Source: Polaromonas sp.
GTDB lineage: Bacteria > Pseudomonadota > Gammaproteobacteria > Burkholderiales > Burkholderiaceae_C
DNA: 64,000 nt
Assembly: GCA_038902975.1 (NCBI GenBank)
Contig: JBCKMZ010000001.1
Location: 14,592 to 78,591 of the forward strand
Direction: 5' to 3'
Below the pieces are notes generated by a model. The model searched no databases. It was not told the origin of the DNA and saw only the letters and a list, made by a program, of their open reading frames with translations. Of the stretch, positions 19,242 through 29,302 are shown in pieces. The position numbers and the translations under genes were made by a program. Position 1 is the stretch's first letter. Every line of letters starts with the position of its first letter.

Positions 19242-22200
19242 TTGCCAAACTGATCCGCTGGTCCATCGTCAATCGTTTTTTGGTTTTGCTGGCGACGCTG
19301 ATGCTCACCGCTTGGGGCCTCTGGTCGATGTCAAAAACACCGTTTGACGCCATCCCCGACCTATCTGATGTGCAAGTCATCATCCGCACCAGCTACCCGG
19401 GGCAGGCGCCGCAGATTGTCGAGAACCAGGTGACTTATCCGCTGACAACCACCATGCTGTCGGTGCCGGGCGCCAAAACCGTACGCGGCTATTCGTTCTT
19501 CGGCGATTCGTTCGTCTATATCTTGTTTGAGGATGGCACTGATCCGTATTGGGCGCGTTCTCGCGTGCTCGAATACCTGAACCAGGTCCAGTCGCGCCTG
19601 CCGCCGCAAGCAAAAACCGCGCTCGGACCGGATGCGACAGGTGTCGGCTGGGTCTATCAATATGCATTGGTTGACCGCAGCGGCAAGATGGACTTATCGC
19701 AGTTACGCGCGCTGCAAGACTGGTTTTTAAAGTACGAGCTTAAAACAGTCGTGAATGTCTCCGAAGTCGCCAGCATCGGCGGCATGGTGCGCCAGTATCA
19801 AATCGTGCTCGACCCGGACAAGATGCGGGCATACAACATCCCGCACGGCAAGATAATCGAAGCGGTCCAGAAAGCCAACCAGGAAACCGGCGGCTCGGTG
19901 CTGGAACTGGGCGAAGCCGAGTACATGGTGCGTGTCTCAGGTTATCTAAAAACGCTCGATGACTTCCGCAAGATTCCACTGATGACAACCGATGCCGGCG
20001 TGTCGGTACGCCTGGGGGATGTGGCACGCATCCAGGTGGGCCCGGAAATGCGGCGCGGCATCGCCGACTTGAACGGTGAAGGCGAAGTCGCCGGTGGCGT
20101 CGTTATCATGCGCTTCGGCAAGAACGCGCTGGAGACGATTGATGCGGTCAAGGCCAAGCTGGAGCAACTCAAACCTGGGCTGCCTCCGGGAGTGGAAATT
20201 ATCCCGGTCTATGACCGCTCGCACCTGATCCAACGCGCGGTAAGAAACCTCGGAGAAAAGCTGGTCGAGGAATTCATTGTCGTGGCGATCGTTTGTGCCA
20301 TCTTCCTGTTTCACCTGCGCTCGGCGTTAGTCGCCATCGTCACGCTGCCAATTGGCATCCTGCTGGCCTTTATCGTCATGTATTACCAGGGAGTCAACGC
20401 CAATATTCTGTCACTCGGCGGCATTGCGATTGCCGTGGGTGCGATGGTCGATGCGGCGGTGGTCATGATAGAGAATGCGCACAAACACATCGAGGCTTGG
20501 AATCATGCGAATCCCGGCAAGGAGTTAAAAGGAGAAGCCCATTGGCATGTCATTGGTGATGCCGCCGCCGAAGTCGGCCCCGCCCTGTTCTTCGCGCTGC
20601 TCATCATTGTCCTATCATTCATCCCCGTGTTCACGCTGGAAGCGCAGGAAGGACGTTTGTTCTCGCCGTTGGCCTTCACCAAAACCTATGCGATGGCAGC
20701 GGCAGCCGGACTGGCCGTCACGCTGATCCCGGTATTGATGGGCTATCTGATACGCGGACGCATACCCGCTGAGCAAAAAAATCCGCTCAACCGCTTTCTG
20801 ATTGCACTGTACCGGCCAATGCTCGAAGGCGTTTTGCGCTTTCCAAAGATGACGCTCGTCGCAGCAGCGGTGGTCGCGGTTGTGACCATCTGGCCGATGT
20901 CGCGTCTCGGTGGTGAATTCATGCCGCCGCTCGACGAAGGCGATTTGCTCTATATGCCATCGGCGCTGCCGGGCCTGTCTGCCGGCAAGGTGTCGGAATT
21001 ATTGCAACAGACCGACCGTCTGATCAAGACTGTGCCCGAAGTTCAAAGCGTATTTGGCAAGGCTGGACGGGCTGAGTCTGCGACAGATCCGGCGCCGCTG
21101 GAAATGTTTGAGACGACCATCCAGTTCAAGCCCAAGGACCAATGGCGCGCTGGCATGACAACCGAGAAGCTGGTCGAAGAACTTGACCGCATCGTCAAGG
21201 TTCCGGGCTTGTCGAACATCTGGGTGCCACCGATTCGCAACCGCATCGACATGTTGTCAACCGGCATCAAGAGCCCGGTGGGTGTCAAGGTTGCAGGGGC
21301 AAGTCTGCAGGAAATCGACCGTATTACAGGCGACATCGAACGCGTCGTTAAAAAGGTGCCCGGCGTGTCGTCGGCCCTGGCCGAACGGTTGACCGGAGGA
21401 CGGTATATTGACATCAATATCGACCGGAATGCCGCTGCCCGTTACGGACTGAACATCGCCGACGTGCAAAGCATCGTCTCGGCAGGCATTGGTGGCGACA
21501 ACATCGGGGAAACGGTCGAAGGCCTGCAACGCTTCCCGATCAATGTGCGCTATCCCCGGGAAGTGCGGGATTCAGTCGAAAAACTGCGCCAGCTATCGGT
21601 TCTGACTGACCGCGGTGCGCAGATTCGCCTGGGTGACGTCGCCAATATTCGCATCAATGACGGCCCGCCGATGTTAAGAAGCGAGAACGCACGCCTGTCG
21701 GGATGGGTGTATGTGGATATTCGTGACCGGGACCTGAGCTCCGCGGTGCGCGACATGCAGCAGGCTGTTGCGAGGGAAGTCAAACTGCCGGCGGGCTACT
21801 CGGTAGCGTGGTCCGGGCAATTCGAATACCTGGAGCGCGCCACCGCGAAATTGAAGATGGTGGTGCCGGCAACGCTGCTCATCATTTTTGTGCTTCTTTA
21901 TATAACCTTCAAGCGCTTTGACGAAGCGGCGCTGATCATGGCAACACTGCCGTTTGCACTGGTAGGCGCCATCTGGTTGCTGTGGGCCCTGGGCCACAAC
22001 CTGTCAGTGGCCAGCGGCGTCGGCTTCATTGCCTTGGCCGGCGTCTCAGCCGAGTTTGGCGTCATCATGCTGGTGTACCTGAAGCACGCGTGGGAAAAGC
22101 GCCTGGCCGACGGTAAAGGCTCCGAGGCCGATCTGCTCGACGCGATCCGCGAAGGCGCGGTGCTGCGCGTGCGGCCCAAGGCCATGACGGTAGCGGTGAT

Positions 22201-22432
22201 CATCGCCGGTCTCCTACCCATCATGTACGGCACCGGCACCGGCTCCGAAGTCATGCAACGGATTGCCGCGCCGATGGTCGGCGGCATGATCACTGCGCCT
22301 CTGTTGTCAATGTTTGTGGTGCCAGCTGTCTATCTGCTTCTGCGCCGACGCCAGGCGCGCAAGGCACTGGCTGCATCTCTGCAGAGTGATCAAGCTCGGC
22401 ACTCTGCTAATGATTCGCCCGTAAATCCGTGA
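19238..22432 (+). CDS. cusA: CusA-family Cu/Ag RND efflux permease
   Basis: [44 protein letters not shown]. Confidence 0.97.
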   Translation: MIAKLIRWSIVNRFLVLLATLMLTAWGLWSMSKTPFDAIPDLSDVQVIIRTSYPGQAPQIVENQVTYPLTTTMLSVPGAKTVRGYSFFGDSFVYILFEDGTDPYWARSRVLEYLNQVQSRLPPQAKTALGPDATGVGWVYQYALVDRSGKMDLSQLRALQDWFLKYELKTVVNVSEVASIGGMVRQYQIVLDPDKMRAYNIPHGKIIEAVQKANQETGGSVLELGEAEYMVRVSGYLKTLDDFRKIPLMTTDAGVSVRLGDVARIQVGPEMRRGIADLNGEGEVAGGVVIMRFGKNALETIDAVKAKLEQLKPGLPPGVEIIPVYDRSHLIQRAVRNLGEKLVEEFIVVAIVCAIFLFHLRSALVAIVTLPIGILLAFIVMYYQGVNANILSLGGIAIAVGAMVDAAVVMIENAHKHIEAWNHANPGKELKGEAHWHVIGDAAAEVGPALFFALLIIVLSFIPVFTLEAQEGRLFSPLAFTKTYAMAAAAGLAVTLIPVLMGYLIRGRIPAEQKNPLNRFLIALYRPMLEGVLRFPKMTLVAAAVVAVVTIWPMSRLGGEFMPPLDEGDLLYMPSALPGLSAGKVSELLQQTDRLIKTVPEVQSVFGKAGRAESATDPAPLEMFETTIQFKPKDQWRAGMTTEKLVEELDRIVKVPGLSNIWVPPIRNRIDMLSTGIKSPVGVKVAGASLQEIDRITGDIERVVKKVPGVSSALAERLTGGRYIDINIDRNAAARYGLNIADVQSIVSAGIGGDNIGETVEGLQRFPINVRYPREVRDSVEKLRQLSVLTDRGAQIRLGDVANIRINDGPPMLRSENARLSGWVYVDIRDRDLSSAVRDMQQAVAREVKLPAGYSVAWSGQFEYLERATAKLKMVVPATLLIIFVLLYITFKRFDEAALIMATLPFALVGAIWLLWALGHNLSVASGVGFIALAGVSAEFGVIMLVYLKHAWEKRLADGKGSEADLLDAIREGAVLRVRPKAMTVAVIIAGLLPIMYGTGTGSEVMQRIAAPMVGGMITAPLLSMFVVPAVYLLLRRRQARKALAASLQSDQARHSANDSPVNP

Positions 22433-22497
22433 AGTCAATTCGTCGGTTAATTTCTCATCAACGGCAATCGTTTAAGCCTGCAGTTTCAAAGTACGAC

Positions 22498-22986
22498 TCA
22501 GTGCTTATGCTCGGCAGCCTTGCCAGCAACAGCGCCTGGCGCTGCCAAGCCAACCGGCAACACCAAATCCAGCTTGCTCTGAACGCCCTTCGCGTCCTTA
22601 AAGCGCAAGGTCATGGGCATGGTGCTGTCTTTCGCGAGCGGTGCTTTCAAGTCCATCAACATGATGTGATAGCCGCCGGACTTGAGCTGCACGGTTTGGC
22701 CAGCAGGCAAGTCAAGACTGGGTACCGCCCGCATTTTCATGATATCGTTTTCGATCTTCATCTCATGCACTTCGGCCACACCCGCTGCGGGTGACGACAC
22801 ACCAACCAGCCGCGTACCCTCTTTGGCCGTGAGGTTCATAAAAGCGCCTGTACCCTTTTGGCCCTGCACGGTTGCCCGCACCCATGCGCCCTCGACTTTA
22901 ACGGCGGCGGTTTGTGCTGCGACCAACCCCGTAGCGACTATGAAGGCTACAGCTAGGCCAGCTTTTACAAACAGATGTGATGTCAT
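22498..22986 (-). CDS. Copper chaperone PCu(A)C
   Basis: AWVRAT, EVHEM...MKMR, GGYHIMLMDL. Confidence 0.93.
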   Translation of the reverse strand: MTSHLFVKAGLAVAFIVATGLVAAQTAAVKVEGAWVRATVQGQKGTGAFMNLTAKEGTRLVGVSSPAAGVAEVHEMKIENDIMKMRAVPSLDLPAGQTVQLKSGGYHIMLMDLKAPLAKDSTMPMTLRFKDAKGVQSKLDLVLPVGLAAPGAVAGKAAEHKH

Positions 22987-23049
22987 GTTCCGATTCCGTT
23001 GATGGGGTTACGGGGGTGATTATTCCAATTCACATTAAAACCACTATTT

Positions 23050-24360
23050 TTATAGCAAACAAGACCTGAATCCGCAAAAAATGTCGTCTCTATCAGGCTG
23101 GTAGAAATTGCGGTAGCTGGGGCTTTTCATACGGGAGCGGGTTGCAAACGAGCCTCCGCGCAGCACCTTGTGGCTACCAAACCAGGGGGCTGAATAGTCC
23201 GTATACGGGTCTGGTTTGAAACTGCGGTTGCCATCATTGTCGGGGTAGGGGTTGAAAGTGCTGCCCGTCCACTCCCACACATCGCCCCACCTGAAGCCGC
23301 GCCTTGATGCCGTATGCGCCGCGACTTCCCATTCAACTTCAAAGGGCAAACGCCGCCCGGCCCAGCGGCACCAGGCATCGGCTTCATACCAGCTCATGTG
23401 CATGGCCGGTTGCACGCCCTGCATACGCATGGCCTGACCGAAACGGGTCTGCATGACTGCGCCACTGGCTACGCCTATCTGGTCTACGTAGCGCGGGCCT
23501 CTTCTTCCTTCCTCGGCGCTGATCTTTTGCAACCACTGCCAGCCGCTTGGCCGCCACAGCTCGGCGCGGTCATAGCCGCCGTCGTCAACAAACTCGACAA
23601 ACTGCGCCCAGGTCACGGGCTGGGCATCAATTTCAAATTCAGGTACTTGCACGGCGTGCAGCGGGCGCTCGTTGTCAAACGCAAAACCGGCATCCGGTAC
23701 GCTTCCCATTTGCCAGGTGATGGCGGGTATCAGCAGCGGCTCGCGCACGGCCATCGGCTGTAGGGTAAACACCGTTTGCAACGCCTTGCCGAGTGGCAGG
23801 CCCAGCGTCTGGGCGGTGTTCACCAGCGCCTCGCCGTGCATGTCTTCATGGAACAGACACAGGCGGTAAAAGTAAAGCGCGTCGTCGCTGTCGTCGGCTT
23901 TATGCAGCAGGTCCAGCGTGCTTTCCAGGGTGTCGAGCAGGTAAGCGCGAATATGGGCAACGTCGGGCAAGGCTAGGCCCCAGCGGGTGTTGTGGGCCAC
24001 GCGGCTGGAGTCCCACCAGATGTCGGCATTGGGCTCAATCGAGGCCAGCCGCGCGTGGTCGGGTGCGCAGCGGGTGCCCAAAGCGCGCTGCAGGTTGCGG
24101 CCGATCCACCACTCCTGAAACCAGCCCACATGGCCCAGCTCCCATAACGGCGGATTGACGCTAGCGAGTTGCGGAACGACAAAATTTGTAGCCTCAAGCG
24201 CCTCTTGATACTGCGCAAAAAGGTGCAGCGTATGATTGCGCGCATCCATCAGCGCCAGTGACAACTCCTCCTTACCCGCACTGCGCATCAGGGGGGAATC
24301 AATCAAGGCCGCAGAAGGTGCAGCAGATGAATCAGATGACGAAGAAGGATCGGTTGGCAA
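23050..24360 (-). CDS. senA: Selenoneine synthase SenA (EgtB-like DinB plus FGE-sulfatase protein)
   Basis: NPPLWELGHVGWFQE, FHEDMHGE iron ligands, FDNERP, RLPFEVEWE, GDVWEWT, YRNFY; divergent from senB-selD; start codon uncertain. Confidence 0.88.
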   Translation of the reverse strand: MPTDPSSSSDSSAAPSAALIDSPLMRSAGKEELSLALMDARNHTLHLFAQYQEALEATNFVVPQLASVNPPLWELGHVGWFQEWWIGRNLQRALGTRCAPDHARLASIEPNADIWWDSSRVAHNTRWGLALPDVAHIRAYLLDTLESTLDLLHKADDSDDALYFYRLCLFHEDMHGEALVNTAQTLGLPLGKALQTVFTLQPMAVREPLLIPAITWQMGSVPDAGFAFDNERPLHAVQVPEFEIDAQPVTWAQFVEFVDDGGYDRAELWRPSGWQWLQKISAEEGRRGPRYVDQIGVASGAVMQTRFGQAMRMQGVQPAMHMSWYEADAWCRWAGRRLPFEVEWEVAAHTASRRGFRWGDVWEWTGSTFNPYPDNDGNRSFKPDPYTDYSAPWFGSHKVLRGGSFATRSRMKSPSYRNFYQPDRDDIFCGFRSCLL

Positions 24361-24378
24361 AATAATGAAGTTGTCTCA

Positions 24379-25377
24379 ATGAGGGTCGTGCTGGTAAGCC
24401 CAGCGACACAAGAAGCCAACAACGGTAACTGGCATACGGCGCACCGTTGGTCGCAATTTTTGTCGCAAGGCCTGGATCATTGTGACACTGCCATCGTGAC
24501 CCAGTGGCCTAGTGCGCATGGTAAGCCTGCTACGCCTGATGCCGATTCAAAACAAGCAGCTGATCTAATGATTGCCCTGCACGCCAAGCGTTCAGCGGCA
24601 TCGATTGCGGCATGGGCCACCGCCTGCCCCGCCAAGCCGCTGATTCTGGTGCTGACAGGTACCGACCTATACCGGGACATTCAGCACGACCGACTCGCCC
24701 AACAGTCCCTTGCCCTCGCCAGCCATATCGTGGTGCTGCAAGAGGCCGGGTTGGCTGCACTACCAGAAGCGTATCGCGCAAAGACGCATGTGATTTACCA
24801 ATCGGCCCGCAGGCTCAAACCGGCAGTGAAAGCTAGGCATCGGTTTGTGGCGCTGATGGTCGGCCACCTGCGGGATGAAAAAGACCCGCTGACGTTTATG
24901 AAAGCGGCGCGCTGTGTGGCCAGCAGCACGATTCATTTCGAGCAGATCGGCATGGCGCTAGAGCCAGACTTTGGGCAGGTGGCGCTGGAAACTGCCCGGC
25001 TGAATTCAGGCTATCGCTGGCTCGGCGGTTTGCCCAGAGCCGCTACCCGCCAGCGCATCAAGCGTGCCCATGTGCTGGTGAACGGCTCGAAGATGGAGGG
25101 CGGTGCCCACGTCATTCTGGAGGCCGTACAGTCTGGCACGCCGGTGCTGGCATCACGCATTGACGGCAACGTCGGTATGCTGGGCAAACATTATTCGGGT
25201 TACTTTGAACTCGGTCATGCCGCGCAACTGGCAAAACTGGTGCAGCGCTGCGCGTTAGAACCCGATTTTCTGGCCCTGCTGCAAAGCCAATGCGGGCAAC
25301 GTGCCCATTGGTTTGAGCCGGCCCTCGAAAAGCGCCTTGTTTTAAACTTGGTCACCTCCGCATTAGCTACGCATTAA
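24379..25377 (+). CDS. senB: Selenosugar synthase SenB (GT-B glycosyltransferase)
   Basis: NNGNWHTAHRW, ALHAKRS, LVLTGTDLYRDI, GHLRDEKDP, MEGGAHV; immediately upstream of selD. Confidence 0.9.
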   Translation: MRVVLVSPATQEANNGNWHTAHRWSQFLSQGLDHCDTAIVTQWPSAHGKPATPDADSKQAADLMIALHAKRSAASIAAWATACPAKPLILVLTGTDLYRDIQHDRLAQQSLALASHIVVLQEAGLAALPEAYRAKTHVIYQSARRLKPAVKARHRFVALMVGHLRDEKDPLTFMKAARCVASSTIHFEQIGMALEPDFGQVALETARLNSGYRWLGGLPRAATRQRIKRAHVLVNGSKMEGGAHVILEAVQSGTPVLASRIDGNVGMLGKHYSGYFELGHAAQLAKLVQRCALEPDFLALLQSQCGQRAHWFEPALEKRLVLNLVTSALATH

Positions 25378-25405
25378 CCACGCACGAAAATATCTGAAAG
25401 CCCCC

Positions 25406-26470
25406 ATGAACGCACCCGACAAACTCACTACCCTCGCCGTGCCACGGCTCACCAGCCTGTCACACGGCGGCGGCTGTGGCTGCAAAATTGCACCCGGCGT
25501 GCTGAGTGAAATCCTTAAAAATTCCAGCAATCTGCCGATACCCAAAGAGCTACTGGTAGGCATAGAAACCGCTGACGACGCAGCCGTGTATTGGCTGAAC
25601 GAGAACCAGGCGCTGATTGCCACGACCGACTTTTTCATGCCCATCGTCGATGACCCGTATGACTTTGGCCGCATCGCCGCGACCAATGCCATCAGCGACG
25701 TGTATGCCATGGGCGGCACGCCGATCATGGCGTTGGCGCTGGTTGCTATGCCGATCAATGTGCTGCCGCTGGAGACCATAGGCGCTATCTTGCGCGGTGG
25801 GCAAGACGTTTGCCGCGATGCGGGCATCCCAATTGCCGGCGGCCACACGATTGATTCAGTCGAGCCGATTTATGGCTTGGCGGTGCTCGGTCTGGTGCAC
25901 CCGTCGCGGGTCAAGAAAAATTCGGGCGCCCGGGTCGGCGATGTACTGATCCTGGGCAAACCACTGGGTGTCGGTATCCTGTCGGCAGCGCTGAAGAAGG
26001 ATGCGCTCAGCCCCGAGGGCTATGCGCGCATGATCGCCGTGACCACCCAGCTCAACAAACCGGGCATCACGCTGGCGCAGATGGACGGCGTGCATGCGCT
26101 GACCGACATCACCGGCTTCGGCCTGCTCGGCCATGGGCTGGAACTGGCGCGCGGCGCCAAACTGAAAATGCAGTTGCAGATGGACCAGATACCGTTGTTG
26201 CCCGGGGTGCTTGAGTTGGCCGCTCAAGGCATGGTCACCGGCGCATCAGGCCGCAACTGGGCCAGCTACGGCAGCGAAGTCATTCTGCCGGCCGGCATCA
26301 GCCCGGCCCACCAGGCCCTGCTCAGCGACCCACAGACCAGCGGCGGCCTGCTGGTGTCCTGCAGCCCCGACATCGCCGACCAGGTTCTGACTTGCTTTCA
26401 CAGCCAGGGCTTTGGCGACGCGCGCGCCATTGGCCGCATGACAGAAGGCAGCGGCGTGCAGATCATCTAA
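25406..26470 (+). CDS. selD: Selenophosphate synthetase (SenC), Cys-type
   Basis: SHGGGCGCKI, DDAAVY, TTDFFMP, DITGFGLLGH, DPQTSGGLL. Confidence 0.97.
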   Translation: MNAPDKLTTLAVPRLTSLSHGGGCGCKIAPGVLSEILKNSSNLPIPKELLVGIETADDAAVYWLNENQALIATTDFFMPIVDDPYDFGRIAATNAISDVYAMGGTPIMALALVAMPINVLPLETIGAILRGGQDVCRDAGIPIAGGHTIDSVEPIYGLAVLGLVHPSRVKKNSGARVGDVLILGKPLGVGILSAALKKDALSPEGYARMIAVTTQLNKPGITLAQMDGVHALTDITGFGLLGHGLELARGAKLKMQLQMDQIPLLPGVLELAAQGMVTGASGRNWASYGSEVILPAGISPAHQALLSDPQTSGGLLVSCSPDIADQVLTCFHSQGFGDARAIGRMTEGSGVQII

Positions 26471-26686
26471 AATCGACCTGTTCCCGGCGTAACGCACCCG
26501 TTTGGGGTCGCGCCAGTCACGCACAAGCCCGGCTGCTACGGGATAACACCCTCAAAAAGCTGTCAGCTTGCCTTCTATAGTCCTTTATAAAATTTAAACC
26601 GCGTGGACTCGCACCCGACATGCCTCCCTGCTTGGGGGGTTGCCGGATGATTTTCATTGCGTGGACGCTTTTTTCGTGGAGACAAC

Positions 26687-27355
26687 ATGACCTTTCTTCT
26701 TTCCCTGTCGCAGCTGATCGACAGGATCAGCACCTGGATCGGCATCTCGACCATGTGGCTGATTCTGGCCGCCACCCTCATCAGCGCGGGCAACGCCATC
26801 GTGCGCAAGGCTTTTGACATGAGCTCCAACGGCCTGCTGGAAATCCAGTGGTACCTGTTTGCCGCCGTGTTCATGCTGGGGGCTGGTTATGGTTTCCTGA
26901 AAAATACGCATGTCCGCATTGACTTCATTTCATCACGCCTGAGCGACCGCGCCCGCAACTGGATCGACGTGTTCGGCATCGTCGCCGTGCTGCTGCCGTT
27001 TTGCGTGCTGATGATCTCGCTGAGCTGGGGCCCATTCGTGGACGCCTACGCCAACCAGGAAATGTCGCAAAACGCCGGCGGCCTGATGCGCTGGCCGGTG
27101 TACATGCTGGTGCCGCTGGGCTTCTCGCTCTTGGCCCTGCAGGCGGTGTCCGAGCTGATCAAGCGGCTGGCCTTTCTGATGGGCCGTGGGCATGACGCAC
27201 TGTCGGACGAAGATACCAAGTCACTCAAGGTCGAGGCCTTTCAGATGGGCCGCGGGCAAGACGTGCTGTCGGGCGAAGATGCCAAGTCCGATGAACAAAA
27301 GCCCCTTGAAGAACTCGAAATCGTTGCCGCGCGCAAATTGGCTGGAGAAGCATAA
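26687..27355 (+). CDS. dctQ: TRAP transporter small permease
   Basis: LEIQWYLFAAVFMLGAGY, HVRID; four TM helices; ATG 26687 after GGAG. Confidence 0.9.
   Translation: MTFLLSLSQLIDRISTWIGISTMWLILAATLISAGNAIVRKAFDMSSNGLLEIQWYLFAAVFMLGAGYGFLKNTHVRIDFISSRLSDRARNWIDVFGIVAVLLPFCVLMISLSWGPFVDAYANQEMSQNAGGLMRWPVYMLVPLGFSLLALQAVSELIKRLAFLMGRGHDALSDEDTKSLKVEAFQMGRGQDVLSGEDAKSDEQKPLEELEIVAARKLAGEA
27169..27288 (+). repeat. In-frame diverged tandem duplication (period 66 bp) in the dctQ tail
   Basis: AFLMGRGHDALSDEDTKS / AFQMGRGQDVLSGEDAKS. Confidence 0.85.
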
Positions 27356-29170
27356 ATGCAAACCACCTTCCTCGCACTAAATTTTGCGCCCCTGATGTTC
27401 GCCGGGCTGTTGGTCCTGCTGCTGACCGGCTTTCCGGTCGCTTTCGGGCTGGCCGCCACCGGCCTAGCCTTTGGTTTCATCGGCATGGAAGCCGGCATTT
27501 TCCCGGCCGCGCTGTTCGGCGCGCTGCCGTCGCGCATCTTCGGCATCATGCAGAACGACACGCTGCTGGCGATTCCCTTCTTCGTCTTCATGGGCATCAT
27601 TCTGGAGCGCTCCGGGATGGCCGAGGATCTGCTCGAGACGGTGGGCCAGGTTTTTGGTCCACTGCGCGGCGGCCTGGCGATTGCCGTGATCCTGGTGGGC
27701 GCGCTGCTGGCGGCGACCACCGGTGTCGTGGCAGCCGCCGTGATCTCCATGGGCCTGATCTCGCTGCCCATCATGCTGCGCTATGGCTACAGCCAGGTGA
27801 TCGCCACCGGCGTCATCACGGCCTCGGGCACGCTGGCGCAGGCAATTCCGCCGTCGCTGGTGCTGATCGTGCTGGCCGACCAGCTCGGCCGCTCGGTGGG
27901 CGACATGTACGCCGGCGCGCTGCTGCCCGGCCTGCTGCTGGTGGGTCTGTACGTCCTGTTCATCGTGGTAGTAGCAATCGTGCGGCCTGCCATGGTGCCA
28001 GCCCTGCCGCCCGAGGCCCGCATCTACCGCGAGGCCAGTGGCCACTCGGGACACCGTTCGCTGCTGGTGCTGCTGCTACTCTGCGTGGCGGTGGGCTTTG
28101 CCTGGTCGCGCGTGCACAACGACCTGCTGACCGCCTGGCTGCAACGACCACTACCTGCGGCAGGAGATGAGATCTTCATCCTGTCGATGACACTGGCCTC
28201 ACTGCTGGGTCTGAGCTTGGCGATCGTCAACCACGTCACCGGCCTGAAGCTGCTCTCCAAGCTGGCCGAGCAGGTCACCTTCGTGCTGATGCCGCCGCTG
28301 GTTCTCATTTTCCTGGTGCTGGGCACCATTTTCCTGGGCATTGCGACGCCCACCGAGGGCGGCGCCATGGGAGCTTTGGGCGCGCTGATCCTGGCGCTGG
28401 GCAAGAGGCGGCTGAACTTTAGCCTGCTCAAGCAGGCGCTGGACAACACCGCCAAGCTGGCCTCGTTTGTGCTATTCATCTTGATCGGCGCCACGGTCTT
28501 CAGCTTCACCTTCAATGCCGCCGACGGCCCTATCTGGATCGAGCACCTGTTCACCGGCATTCCCGGCGGCGCTTGGGGCTTCCTGATCGTGGTGAACATT
28601 CTGGTGTTCATTCTGGGCATGTTCATCGACTTCTTCGAAATCGCCTTCATCGTGATCCCGCTGCTGGCCCCGGTGGCCGCAAAAATCCTGCCCAGCATTG
28701 TTCCCGGCATGACCGAGGATGACGCCATGATCTGGTTCGGCGTGATGATCGCGATGAATCTGCAGACTTCCTTCCTGACGCCGCCGTTCGGCTTTGCCCT
28801 GTTCTACCTGCGCAGCGTGGCAGCCAAGAAGGACTATAAGGACCGCGTCACCGGCCAGACCATTCCGGCGGTGACAACGACGCAGATCTACAAGGGCTCG
28901 ATCGCTTTCATCATCCTGCAAATCTGCATGATAGCGGCCATCATGCTGTTCCCCAATCTGGTCACCGGCGGCATCGAGAAGACCGAAAAACTCACCGCCG
29001 AGCAGGTGATGGAGCAACTGGCGATGCCCCAGGCAGACGATGAGCCGGCCGCTGACCCCGCGACTGAGCCGGCTTCTGGAGCGGCCTCCGAAGCGTCTGC
29101 TAGCGAGAGCAAAGAAGAAGACCCGATGAAGGCCCTGCTCGAAGCCATGCAGAAGCAAGACAAGAAGTAG
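27356..29170 (+). CDS. dctM: TRAP transporter large permease
   Basis: LLAIPFF, ASGTLAQAIPPS, ATPTEGG, FLTPPFGFALFYL. Confidence 0.95.
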   Translation: MQTTFLALNFAPLMFAGLLVLLLTGFPVAFGLAATGLAFGFIGMEAGIFPAALFGALPSRIFGIMQNDTLLAIPFFVFMGIILERSGMAEDLLETVGQVFGPLRGGLAIAVILVGALLAATTGVVAAAVISMGLISLPIMLRYGYSQVIATGVITASGTLAQAIPPSLVLIVLADQLGRSVGDMYAGALLPGLLLVGLYVLFIVVVAIVRPAMVPALPPEARIYREASGHSGHRSLLVLLLLCVAVGFAWSRVHNDLLTAWLQRPLPAAGDEIFILSMTLASLLGLSLAIVNHVTGLKLLSKLAEQVTFVLMPPLVLIFLVLGTIFLGIATPTEGGAMGALGALILALGKRRLNFSLLKQALDNTAKLASFVLFILIGATVFSFTFNAADGPIWIEHLFTGIPGGAWGFLIVVNILVFILGMFIDFFEIAFIVIPLLAPVAAKILPSIVPGMTEDDAMIWFGVMIAMNLQTSFLTPPFGFALFYLRSVAAKKDYKDRVTGQTIPAVTTTQIYKGSIAFIILQICMIAAIMLFPNLVTGGIEKTEKLTAEQVMEQLAMPQADDEPAADPATEPASGAASEASASESKEEDPMKALLEAMQKQDKK

Positions 29171-29223
29171 CTGGCATCCAGCCACACGTCACCCGCACCG
29201 GGTGGCGCCGTCAACTGACACAT

Positions 29224-29254
29224 AAAAAAAGCCCGTCACATGAACGGGCTTTTT
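29224..29254. terminator. Bidirectional intrinsic terminator
   Basis: aaaaaaagcccgt-cacatga-acgggcttttt between convergent dctM and dctP. Confidence 0.85.
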
Positions 29255-29302
29255 GAGTGCTAAAGAGGCCGCCACCGGCGGCTCCTTTGCAGGGCTTGGA
29301 AA

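Noticed and set aside
25406-25500. SelD as a selenoprotein
   Set aside because: The active-site motif is GGGCGCK, encoded by Cys codons with no TGA
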